Assembly (NCBI GenBank): GCA_963716565.1
Contig: OY970318.1
Location: 830-64,829, forward strand
DNA from: an uncultured Candidatus Saccharibacteria bacterium
GTDB taxonomy: Bacteria > Patescibacteriota > Saccharimonadia > Saccharimonadales > CAIOMD01
Direction: 5' to 3'
Length of the DNA stretch: 64,000 bases
Below are positions 38,963 through 47,013 of this stretch, in pieces (the first letter of the stretch is position 1; the number at the start of each line of letters is the position of its first letter). Below the pieces are notes generated by a model. The model worked only from the letters and a program-made list of their open reading frames with translations. It was not told the DNA's origin and did no database searches. The position numbers and the translations under genes are program-made.

Positions 38963-39071
38963 ACGTTGGATAATGGACGTTAGACAATAGAGGGCTACCT
39001 ACGCAGGTTATGTTATTTGGCATTTCTAACATCTAATGTCCATCGTCTATCGTCTAATAATGGTGTACAAT
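38956..39071. promoter_or_regulatory. Inverted pair of 5-heptamer arrays flanking a ~30-nt spacer; the right arm abuts TGGTGTACAAT
   Basis: The minus-strand array (38990 down to 38956) reads ctattgt ctaacgt ccattat ccaacgt ctaaata. The plus-strand array (39026-39060) reads ctaacat ctaatgt ccatcgt ctatcgt ctaataa. It is followed by TGGTGTACAAT (39061-39071). The two arms can pair over about 30 positions with a few mismatches. Confidence 0.6.
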
Positions 39072-39113
39072 CTTAGGTGTATATAAGCATTAACAATTAA
39101 CAGGAGACCGATA

Positions 39114-39416
39114 ATGGGCCTATTTAGTTTTTTTAAAAAGCAGTCCGACCAGCAAGTACAAAATCAAAACATGGCTGATAACCAGCTTAGCCCTGCAGCC
39201 GATGTGCCTGCAGCTACTCCACCAGTAAACGTTAACCAAGTGCCGCCGTCACCAGCTCCAATGTCACCAAGCAATCCAGAACCGGTTGTTCCACCCACAG
39301 AACCAGCCGCCCCAGCAGAAAATGCTAACGATGTAGCAGGTGATTCACTAGATGGTGCTCAAAGCGATAGCGGCAGCGATTCGGGCAGTTCTGACGCCGG
39401 TGACTCCAGCTGGTAG
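39114..39416 (+). CDS. Pro-rich, acidic low-complexity protein (100 aa) with an amphipathic N-terminus
   Basis: GGAG precedes the ATG. The sequence runs MGLFSFFKKQ..., then a PxP-rich middle, then a DSGSDSGSSDAGDSSW tail. Confidence 0.55.
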   Translation: MGLFSFFKKQSDQQVQNQNMADNQLSPAADVPAATPPVNVNQVPPSPAPMSPSNPEPVVPPTEPAAPAENANDVAGDSLDGAQSDSGSDSGSSDAGDSSW

Positions 39417-39432
39417 TTTTTAAGCTTAACCA

Positions 39433-39462
39433 TTGACTAAAAATTAAATAATTTTTTAAAGT
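39433..39462 (+). promoter_or_regulatory. Weak candidate promoter for the structured RNA
   Basis: TTGACT lies at 39433-39438, followed by an 18-nt spacer and TAAAGT at 39457-39462. Confidence 0.3.
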
Positions 39463-39468
39463 GTTTTT

Positions 39469-39924
39469 TGCTATTATTTAAAGAACCTCTTGTTGGGAGG
39501 TCTTGGGGGACTATAAGCAAGCGGTCCGGGCAAATCGGGGCATCACGTTTTGTTCAAGTAATGAACCGTACGGGCTTGATCTGTGATGAGTTAGCGGTGA
39601 CACTCAACAACACCAGCCGGGGTGCCCTTAGGGGCTACCACCAATACGCATGGGTTTACCCAGCCGTGGCGAAGAGCCAACGGCCCGAGTCACTCCTTGA
39701 TGTATGGGGGTGACATCCATCTGTGTTACCTGTGGCTCAGGTATAGGCGGAAGCGCCTTATCAGGGCCATCAAGGTCAAGACCACTGTGGGGGTATCCAA
39801 AACCTATGCGCCTTCCAGGCAGGCACGAAACCAAGTTCCCCGGTTTGCCTTTCGTGCCTGAAAACTCTGCGGATAGTCCAGTGGTATCCATTCCATCTGG
39901 GCTATCCGCTATAACCATAGTCTT
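39469..39924 (+). ncRNA. GC-rich structured non-coding region directly upstream of the RT; candidate retron msr-msd RNA (boundaries uncertain)
   Basis: GC rises to 58% (counted over 39601-39660) against 17% in 39421-39480. The ORF track shows overlapping ORFs in several frames on both strands with no SD or start context, a typical non-coding signature. An 11-bp perfect hairpin pairs 39820-39830 with 39850-39860. A 13 to 16-bp hairpin spans 39869-39909. A 13-bp long-range complement pairs GGGCAAATCGGGG (39528-39540) with CCCCGGTTTGCCT (39838-39850). Confidence 0.55.
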
Positions 39925-40995
39925 ATGAGCCAGATACAATTATTTGATCCAGAAGCATTAATGCAACCAGCGGTTGACCCCAGGGTCGAAAAATTATTGA
40001 GTGGCTTTGAGGACGCTAGCTTTAGGACATTCCCAAAACAAGAGCGCGATAAAGTTCGTTGGCTGCACGATCCCAACGAAAGCATGCGAGAGGCACATGA
40101 ACTTATTAAAGAGCTCGCTGCGAATGCTAGTGCCATATCGCCACATGCCACTGGGCTACAAGGTGGTAGTCGTGCCAATGCTGAACGGCATTTGGGCAAT
40201 AAGTTTTTTTATTTGATTGATTTAAAAGATGCCTACGGACAAATACAATTACCAGCGCTTGCAGAATTTTTAGGCAACCATGGCTTTCCAGCCGAGACTG
40301 CTGACATCGAAACTATTTTAAATCGTTTTTGTCGCAAACCCGACGGGCAGGGTCTTTGCCAAGGGGGCCCAGCCTCGCCGTTACTATTTAACATTGCCCT
40401 TTATGATGTCGACCAACAAATAGCGGGAATATGCGAAAAGCATGAACTAACTTATACGCGATATGCGGATGATTTGGCTATTTCTGGCCGTGAATCAATT
40501 GGCGATAAGAAGCGTAAGCAAATACGTGGAGTTCTTGAAGAGGCTGGGTTAGAAATTAGCCATAAAAAGACTCACCGCCATAGTTTGGCGAATGCTCCTG
40601 TAGTTGTGACTGGCATTCAGATAAATCGCAGCGGTTCAATTATTTTACCTACGCCCAAACAGCTAAGAGTAGCTAATATTATAAATGAGCTGTGCTTTCA
40701 AGTATTCGAGGATGGCGAACCATTAACCGAATTGCAGGTCCAAAAGGTGGCTGGCTACAAAGGCATGGTTATGTCTGCTATCGATGGGCGTCGAAAAGAT
40801 CTAACGGCTTTCGAAAAAGATGCTCTTGTAAAAGCCGAAGCATTAAGACTTTCGTATAAGCAGAGTAGGGAGACGGTCAATTTGGGCTTCACGGCTCTTA
40901 GATTATTCAATGGTCGACCGATGCAAATCGAAATTGTCGATGGTAGATTCCGCAGAGTAGTCGGCCCATCATTTGAACTGCCAAAACGGGATTAA
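39925..40995 (+). CDS. Retron-type reverse transcriptase (356 aa)
   Basis: Motifs in order are SRANAERH (NAxxH), YLIDLKDAY, LCQGGPASPLLFN (QGxxxSP), YTRYADDLAIS (YADD codons 40462-40473), SHKKT and PVVVTGIQIN (VTG). The protein aligns by eye along its whole length with retron Ec86 RT. Confidence 0.85.
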   Translation: MSQIQLFDPEALMQPAVDPRVEKLLSGFEDASFRTFPKQERDKVRWLHDPNESMREAHELIKELAANASAISPHATGLQGGSRANAERHLGNKFFYLIDLKDAYGQIQLPALAEFLGNHGFPAETADIETILNRFCRKPDGQGLCQGGPASPLLFNIALYDVDQQIAGICEKHELTYTRYADDLAISGRESIGDKKRKQIRGVLEEAGLEISHKKTHRHSLANAPVVVTGIQINRSGSIILPTPKQLRVANIINELCFQVFEDGEPLTELQVQKVAGYKGMVMSAIDGRRKDLTAFEKDALVKAEALRLSYKQSRETVNLGFTALRLFNGRPMQIEIVDGRFRRVVGPSFELPKRD

Positions 40996-41022
40996 TGTAA
41001 GAAATCTGTTAAAATATATCTG

Positions 41023-43029
41023 ATGAACGCATCTGAAATTCGTAAAGCCTTTTTGGATTATATGGCAAAAAATGGCCACACTGTAATTCCGCGTGCCAAT
41101 TTGGTGCCACAAAATGACCCAACTACTTTATTCACCGGTTCGGGCATGCAACCGCTGGTGCCGTATTTGTTAGGCGAAAATCACCCAAGTGGCAACAGGG
41201 TAGCTAATAGTCAAACCTGTTTGCGTGCTGAAGATATAGAAGAAATTGGCGACATGTGCCATACCACCTTTTTTGAAATGCTTGGCAACTGGAGTTTTGG
41301 AAATTATTGGAAGGAAGAACAGCTAGCTTGGCTATTTGAATTTCTAACAGATAAGGTTGGACTTGAGCCATCAAAACTTTACGTAACTTGTTTTTCTGGT
41401 GACAAAGAAGTAGGAATACCGCCAGATGAAGATTCGGCCAGAAAATGGAAAGAACTATTTAGCCTCAAGAATATAGAGGGCAAAATAGTCGAAATCGGTT
41501 CTAAAAAAGACGGTGGCATCAAAGGTATGCAAGACGGTCGGATTTTTTATTACGACGCCGGCAAAAACTGGTGGAGTCGAGCTGGGACCCCTAAAGAAAT
41601 GCCTGCTGGCGAACCTGGCGGCCCAGACAGCGAAGTTTTTTATCGTTTTTCTGACGATGAGCACAGTGAAGAAGAAAAGAAACAGTTTGGCGAACAATGC
41701 CACCCCAATTGCGAATGCGGTCGTTTTTTAGAAATCGGCAACTCAGTGTTTATGCAATATATTAAAAGAGAAGATGGTTCTTTTGGTCCCTTGCCAAAGA
41801 ATAATATTGACTTTGGTGGCGGTTTAGAGCGCATTGCTGCAGCTAAAGCTAACAATCCGGATGTCTTTAAGATTGATTTGCTCTGGCCGATTATTCAAAA
41901 ACTCGAAGAATTATCGAGCATGAAATATGATTTTACTCCTGGCGATTTGGGTTACGAAACGGTTCCCGAATGCTGGATAAAAGTTATGGAATCTATGCGG
42001 GTGATTGCCGATCACTTGCGAGCGGCCGTTTGGCTGGCAGTGGATGGGGTCGTGCCCAGCAACAAAGTTCAGGGCTATGTAATGCGTCGCTTAATGCGCC
42101 GTGCTATTCGCTACGCCTTAGAACTTAAGATAGAACAAGATTTATGCGAGCGCATTGTTCCTACGATTATTGATATTTACCAAGCCGATTACCCAGAGGC
42201 GAAAGAAGCTAAAGACAAGATTATAGATGTATTGACCAAAGAAGAAAAAATCTTCCGGCAAACCCTAAAAAAAGGGCTAAAGGAGTTCGAGGGTTATTTT
42301 GCAAAGATAGCAGTCGAATATGACACAAAAGTTGCCACTCCAGAAGAGGTAGCGGAAAAAACGGGGCAATTTGTCCCTCTGTTGAAGTTAACGGGAGAAA
42401 TATTATTTAAGCTATATGATACTTATGGTTTTCCGATTGAACTCTCCAAAGAGGAAGCCATTAACAGAGACATCAAGGTTGATGACAATGCTGAAGAGGA
42501 ATTCAATAAGCTCATGCAAGAGCAGCGGCAGCGTTCGCAGACGGCAGCGCAAGGGGCTTTTAGGGGCGGCTTAGCCGATAGCAGTGAAATGACTACCAAA
42601 TATCACACTGCGGCGCACCTGCTAATGCAAGCCCTAAGAAGCGTATTAGGTGATCATGTTAGCCAAAAGGGCAGCAACATCACCGCCGAGCGTTTGCGTT
42701 TAGACTTTAGCCATCCCGAAAAGGTAACGCCCGAACAACTGGCCGAAGTCGAGAAAATTGTTAACGAAAAAATCCAAGCCGACTTACCTGTTACCTGCTC
42801 CGAACAAGATGTAAAACAAGCTATGGCCGAAGGCGCTCAAGGCGTTTTTGGCGATAAATATGGCGACAAGGTAAAAGTTTACTCAATCGGCGACTTTAGC
42901 AAAGAAATCTGTGGCGGCCCACACATTGACCACACTGGCCAGCTAGCCGAAGGTGATAAAAAATTTCGCATTACAAAAGAAGAGTCTTCTAGTGCAGGGG
43001 TTAGGCGAATTAAGGCCGTTCTAGCCTGA
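41023..43029 (+). CDS. alaS: Alanyl-tRNA synthetase, short form (668 aa, no C-Ala domain)
   Basis: Motifs are MNASEIRKAFLDYMAKNGHT, FTGSGMQP, FFEMLGNWSFG.YWK, editing-site HTAAHLL and CGGPH. An extended -10 TGTTAAAAT lies at 41006-41014. Confidence 0.9.
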   Translation: MNASEIRKAFLDYMAKNGHTVIPRANLVPQNDPTTLFTGSGMQPLVPYLLGENHPSGNRVANSQTCLRAEDIEEIGDMCHTTFFEMLGNWSFGNYWKEEQLAWLFEFLTDKVGLEPSKLYVTCFSGDKEVGIPPDEDSARKWKELFSLKNIEGKIVEIGSKKDGGIKGMQDGRIFYYDAGKNWWSRAGTPKEMPAGEPGGPDSEVFYRFSDDEHSEEEKKQFGEQCHPNCECGRFLEIGNSVFMQYIKREDGSFGPLPKNNIDFGGGLERIAAAKANNPDVFKIDLLWPIIQKLEELSSMKYDFTPGDLGYETVPECWIKVMESMRVIADHLRAAVWLAVDGVVPSNKVQGYVMRRLMRRAIRYALELKIEQDLCERIVPTIIDIYQADYPEAKEAKDKIIDVLTKEEKIFRQTLKKGLKEFEGYFAKIAVEYDTKVATPEEVAEKTGQFVPLLKLTGEILFKLYDTYGFPIELSKEEAINRDIKVDDNAEEEFNKLMQEQRQRSQTAAQGAFRGGLADSSEMTTKYHTAAHLLMQALRSVLGDHVSQKGSNITAERLRLDFSHPEKVTPEQLAEVEKIVNEKIQADLPVTCSEQDVKQAMAEGAQGVFGDKYGDKVKVYSIGDFSKEICGGPHIDHTGQLAEGDKKFRITKEESSSAGVRRIKAVLA

Positions 43030-44004
43030 AAGCCCTTGGACTGTTTCTTCTAAAATGGTTTTAAGGTGTCTTGTAAGCGCGTAGTAGGACGTTGGATTGT
43101 TTTCTGGAGTATATGTTTCTTTTCTCTCTTTTCCGCTAGAGTCCAACTGAACTTGGGTGCCGTCTCTGTCTCTAGCAATATATCGTTCGGCAACAGTTTG
43201 CTCAACAGTATAACCAAAGGCATCACTGGCATCTCCCAAGCAGAGGTAGGAGAATTTTTTAGCCATCGTTGTGTTGTCGTGGTTCTGTAGCAACAGTACA
43301 GAATATAACTTGTACCGTTGTTTTCTAGGATTTTCACCTTTTTCTGTTTCCTCGCGGGGTTCTTCCTCGGTATTAATAGCTAATCCTAGTCTATCTCCGT
43401 TTGGTAATGTCTGAATGCAGGTTTGGCTCTCAACCGATTTACCTTCGTAACAGCCTATACATTTTGTAATCCCCTCTATTAAGCGATCATCTAAGACATC
43501 GTCTTGGTATACAGATGGATAGTCAATTGGTAATAGCTCACCGCCACTTCTCGCGGCCAGCAAATTGCCCAGTAAATGCGTGGCAAGGAGAGGGTTGCGA
43601 ATTATCGTTTGTTTTTGAGTTGGCGCAGATATAAGCATCGCATTTTTGTTGGTTGTGATATTTATGGGCATACCATCTGCTTTAAAAGTTATTTCTGACT
43701 TCCAATTCAAACCTTGCAGGGCACTTAACTTTGGGCCCAAACGGCGGAATCTTACGTTTAACTCTGTGGTCAAAAAGCTCTCTGGCAGTCCTAACGATTC
43801 CCCAATATCTTCTGGTAATGTTTTTCTGTGCAGCCTAAAAGCATCCTCGGCCTCCACGCTACAGTTGTGCGAAGAAAAAGCTTGCATAAATTCAAAGAAG
43901 CTTCTAGACTCAAGAAATTCTTCTAGGGCTCTGGGTTCGGTAAAAATATCTTGGCCCATTTCACCAAATTGCCAGGGGCTATCGTATTCAGAACCACTTC
44001 TCAT
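43021..44004 (-). CDS. Hypothetical protein (327 aa), convergent with alaS and overlapping it by 9 nt
   Basis: This is a long ORF. No motif was recognised. Confidence 0.55.
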   Translation of the reverse strand: MRSGSEYDSPWQFGEMGQDIFTEPRALEEFLESRSFFEFMQAFSSHNCSVEAEDAFRLHRKTLPEDIGESLGLPESFLTTELNVRFRRLGPKLSALQGLNWKSEITFKADGMPINITTNKNAMLISAPTQKQTIIRNPLLATHLLGNLLAARSGGELLPIDYPSVYQDDVLDDRLIEGITKCIGCYEGKSVESQTCIQTLPNGDRLGLAINTEEEPREETEKGENPRKQRYKLYSVLLLQNHDNTTMAKKFSYLCLGDASDAFGYTVEQTVAERYIARDRDGTQVQLDSSGKERKETYTPENNPTSYYALTRHLKTILEETVQGLSG

Positions 44005-44083
44005 AGCCCATTATTATGCAATACGGGCGTCCATTAGTCAAGCTTAGTCAATTTAATAGATTGAATGTGCTAAAATAAAGCAT

Positions 44084-45370
44084 ATGCTCGATAAACTAAA
44101 ACACCTTAAAAAACACAAGCCAGAGGGCGAGAAACCAAACAATCAGCGCTTGATGGTTGGTTTAGATATTGGTACCGAATTTGTCAAAGCTCTCGTTGCC
44201 AAAGTTGACGATAATAATCAGATAGAAATCTTAGGTGTTGGGCGGGCTCATCAATCCTTAACCGATATGCAAGCTGGCGCTATTGCCGATATTGCTGCCG
44301 TTGTAGCCAATTGCGACAACGCTCTAACCCAAGCTGAGCAACAGGCCGGGCTAAGCGCCCGTAGTGCCGTTGTGGGCATTGCTGGCGAGCTGGTAAAAGG
44401 CAACACTATCACCGTTAAATTTACACGCAAGAACCCTAACAAAGAGATTACCGTAGACGAAATTGACCGAATCTTTTCACTGGTTCAAGAAAGAGCTTTG
44501 GCTCTAGCTAAAAAACAACTTGCCCTAGAAACTGGCGGCAAAGAAATCGGCTTAAAGCTGGTTAACAGTGCCCTTATTGCTATAGAAATCGATGGCTACG
44601 GCGTTACTAATCCAATTGGTTTTCAGGGCAAAGATGTTCAAGTAGAACTCTACACGGCCTTTGCGCCATTAGTGCATATTGGTGCTATCGAGCGAGTCGC
44701 CGAACAGCTAGATCTAGATTTATTAACCGTAGCCGCCGAGCCATTTGCAGTGGCACGTTCAGTTATTGGTGACGACCCCAACGCCAACTTAAGCGCTATT
44801 TTAATGGATGTTGGCGGCGGCACCACCGATATTGCCGTAGTAAACGAAGGTGGCGTAGAAGGCACCATAATGTATGGTATTGGCGGTCGCAGTTTTACTA
44901 AATCGGTTGCTAAAGATTTAGATGTTGACTTCGAACGGGCCGAAAGCCTTAAGTTAGGCTTGAGCGATGGTCGCACACCAGAGCCAAGGCGTAAATCGGT
45001 AGAAGATGCTCTTAAAAAGACTTTATCGGTTTGGTTAAGCGGTGTTGAACTGGCCTTAAGTGAATTTAAACGGTTAGATAATCTGCCCCACCAAATATTT
45101 CTTTGCGGTGGTGGTGCTAGCCTAGAGCTATTAACCGATATTTTAGCCACTGGTTCGTGGTTCGAAGGCCTGCCATTCACCAAAAAGCCACAAGTCCAAC
45201 TAATAAAACCGGGCCAAGTAGTTGGCGTAAAAGACAAAACCGGCCTATTAGACGACCATACATTCATTACGGCCATGGGATTATTGCGAGTTGGTATCGA
45301 TACCCTGTTACAATATGATATGCCGGCCGGCTCCATTAAAGAGCGCCTAAATAAGATATTAAAGATATGA
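44084..45370 (+). CDS. ftsA: Actin-like cell-division ATPase FtsA
   Basis: Motifs are VGLDIGTEFVKALV, AVVGIAGE, MDVGGGTTDIAV, GGRSFTKSVAKDL......AESLK and LCGGGA. Confidence 0.8.
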   Translation: MLDKLKHLKKHKPEGEKPNNQRLMVGLDIGTEFVKALVAKVDDNNQIEILGVGRAHQSLTDMQAGAIADIAAVVANCDNALTQAEQQAGLSARSAVVGIAGELVKGNTITVKFTRKNPNKEITVDEIDRIFSLVQERALALAKKQLALETGGKEIGLKLVNSALIAIEIDGYGVTNPIGFQGKDVQVELYTAFAPLVHIGAIERVAEQLDLDLLTVAAEPFAVARSVIGDDPNANLSAILMDVGGGTTDIAVVNEGGVEGTIMYGIGGRSFTKSVAKDLDVDFERAESLKLGLSDGRTPEPRRKSVEDALKKTLSVWLSGVELALSEFKRLDNLPHQIFLCGGGASLELLTDILATGSWFEGLPFTKKPQVQLIKPGQVVGVKDKTGLLDDHTFITAMGLLRVGIDTLLQYDMPAGSIKERLNKILKI

Positions 45371-47013
45371 AAAAAGATACCATATACGTCGATTTAGACG
45401 ACGAAATCACCACTATTACCGACAAGGTCCAAAACGCTGCCGAAAAACTAGTGGCCTTAGTTTTACCAAAGCGTTGTGTCGTTTTACAGAGTGCTGTTAA
45501 TATGAAAATTTTGAATAAAATCGCTAAGGATAATTCCAAAGCAGTAGTACTAATTACCAATGAGGCCTCAATATTGGCTTTAGCTGGTGCATCGGGTATG
45601 TATGTAGCCAAGACCCTACAATCTAAACCGTATATTCCCGACGCTATGGGTGGCGAAGAGGTTGTTGAAAATATTGAAGAGGTTGGAGAAGCCGAAGGTC
45701 TGGACGAATCCAAACCCATCGGCGAATTGGCCGTGGCGGCTGGTATAGATTTAGATGACGATGCACCAATCGAACTAGACAACGATTCCGTAGACACGCC
45801 GACCGGTAAAGATAAAGCCCAGGCTAAAAAAGACAAAAAACTACGGGTGCCAAACTTCGAAAAGTTTCGTCTTTGGCTGGTATTGGCCGTAATCGGTGCG
45901 GTGTTGTTAATTGGCGGCGGAATTTATGCGGCCAAAGCTCTGCCCAGAGCCACCGTTGTAATTACAACTCAAAATCAGGCGGTGCCAGTTACTTTAACCG
46001 CTACCGGCAGCATAACTGCCACAACTGTCGATCTGGCCAATAAAATTGTGCCGGCCGAAGTTAAAACTATCCAGCAATCGGTTACTAAAAGCCTAATCGC
46101 CACAGGTGAGGTGAATAAAGGCAATAAGGCCACTGGGCAAGTTATCTTTTACAACTGTAGTCAAGAAGATAAGTTGGGCGACATCGATCGAACAGTACCC
46201 GCCGGTACGATTATAAGTGGGGCGAGTTTTGCGTTTGTTACTAGTAGTGATGCCGTAGTTCAGCCAAGTAGCATTGTTGGCGGCAACTGCCAATATAACA
46301 AACCCTCTAGTGCTATAGGGGTGACAGCGCAAGCGGGAGGTGACGAATATAATCTATCGCCTCGTGATTATGCTGTTTCAGGATTTGGGAGTATAACCGC
46401 CAGAGATGAAAGTGGTATGGGTGGGGGCACCGACAATATTGTTACGGCCGTATCCCAGGCCGATTGTGACAATGCAAAAAACGAGCTAATAGGTACCAAA
46501 ACCGACGATTATAAGAATCAATTGTCGGCCCAAATTGTTACCGCTGGTTTGCTACCGATAAGAGACACATTCTTATCTACGCCTGGCGATATAGTTTGCA
46601 ATCCGGCTGTTGGTGCCGAGGCCGCCGAATCGGTCGCTACCCTTACATTAACGTTGAGTATGATAGGCGCCAACAAAACCGGCTTAGACCAACTGGTGTT
46701 AGCCGATGTTGCTGCCCAGGGCAACAAACAATCGGTCTTTGAAACCGGCGTAACAAACGCCCTAGTTAGCCTTAAAGAAAAATCTGCCGCTGGCGACGCC
46801 GTATTTACTATACAAGTCAGCGCCCAAACTGGCATGCAACAAGACGCCGAAGCCATTGCTAAATTAATTGCAGGTAAAAAATATGGCGAAAGCTTGTCGG
46901 CTATTAAAGCTCAGTCAGGAGTGGCCGACGCCGAGATAGATTACAGTCCCTTTTGGGTGGCTTCTACGCCAAAAGATACCAAACGCATCAACGTGACCTT
47001 TATCAGCCAATGA
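45367..47013 (+). CDS. Hypothetical single-pass membrane protein (548 aa), translationally coupled to ftsA
   Basis: It overlaps ftsA as ATGA. There is a TM segment (LWLVLAVIGAVLLIGGGIYAA) and a large extracytoplasmic region. No motif was recognised. Confidence 0.6.
   Translation: MKKDTIYVDLDDEITTITDKVQNAAEKLVALVLPKRCVVLQSAVNMKILNKIAKDNSKAVVLITNEASILALAGASGMYVAKTLQSKPYIPDAMGGEEVVENIEEVGEAEGLDESKPIGELAVAAGIDLDDDAPIELDNDSVDTPTGKDKAQAKKDKKLRVPNFEKFRLWLVLAVIGAVLLIGGGIYAAKALPRATVVITTQNQAVPVTLTATGSITATTVDLANKIVPAEVKTIQQSVTKSLIATGEVNKGNKATGQVIFYNCSQEDKLGDIDRTVPAGTIISGASFAFVTSSDAVVQPSSIVGGNCQYNKPSSAIGVTAQAGGDEYNLSPRDYAVSGFGSITARDESGMGGGTDNIVTAVSQADCDNAKNELIGTKTDDYKNQLSAQIVTAGLLPIRDTFLSTPGDIVCNPAVGAEAAESVATLTLTLSMIGANKTGLDQLVLADVAAQGNKQSVFETGVTNALVSLKEKSAAGDAVFTIQVSAQTGMQQDAEAIAKLIAGKKYGESLSAIKAQSGVADAEIDYSPFWVASTPKDTKRINVTFISQ

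Noticed and set aside
39480-39860. RNase P RNA (rnpB). Several short strings appear in the right order and resemble type A conserved regions: GGTCCGGGC versus GUCCGGGC, GGGGTGCC, GGCGAAGAGCC versus GGUAAGAGC, CAAGGTCAAGACC versus CAAGGCCAAAU, and CCCCGGTTTG versus CCCGGCUUA.
   Set aside because: The universally conserved A-A-(A/G)-G-U-C-C spacing of CR-I is broken (AAGCGGUCC). The ACAGAA of CR-V is absent. About 90 nt separate the CR-I-like and P7-like strings, and no P1/P2/P3 arrangement can be drawn. The resemblance is probably coincidental in GC-rich sequence. An Infernal search with RF00010 would settle it.
39468-40199. Five mutually overlapping ORFs (74-103 aa) on both strands in the track.
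   Set aside because: They overlap one another in all frames and lack SD and start context. They coincide with a GC-rich hairpin-dense region or with the 5' end of the RT gene. They are treated as non-coding RNA or shadow ORFs.
39925-40995. A diversity-generating retroelement RT, or a group II intron maturase.
   Set aside because: Motif 4 is QGGPASP (SP), not the DGR-type ...SQ. No template/variable repeat pair was found between the RT-proximal region and the 3' end of any nearby gene. For a group II intron, only 27 nt separate the RT stop from alaS, leaving no room for domains V and VI. There is no GUGYG 5' end and no maturase or endonuclease extension.
44650-45836. Long antisense ORFs (228 aa and 166 aa) opposite ftsA and the downstream gene.
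   Set aside because: The plus-strand genes have clear FtsA motifs and coupled starts. The antisense translations are low-complexity (S/P/A/R-rich) with no start context.
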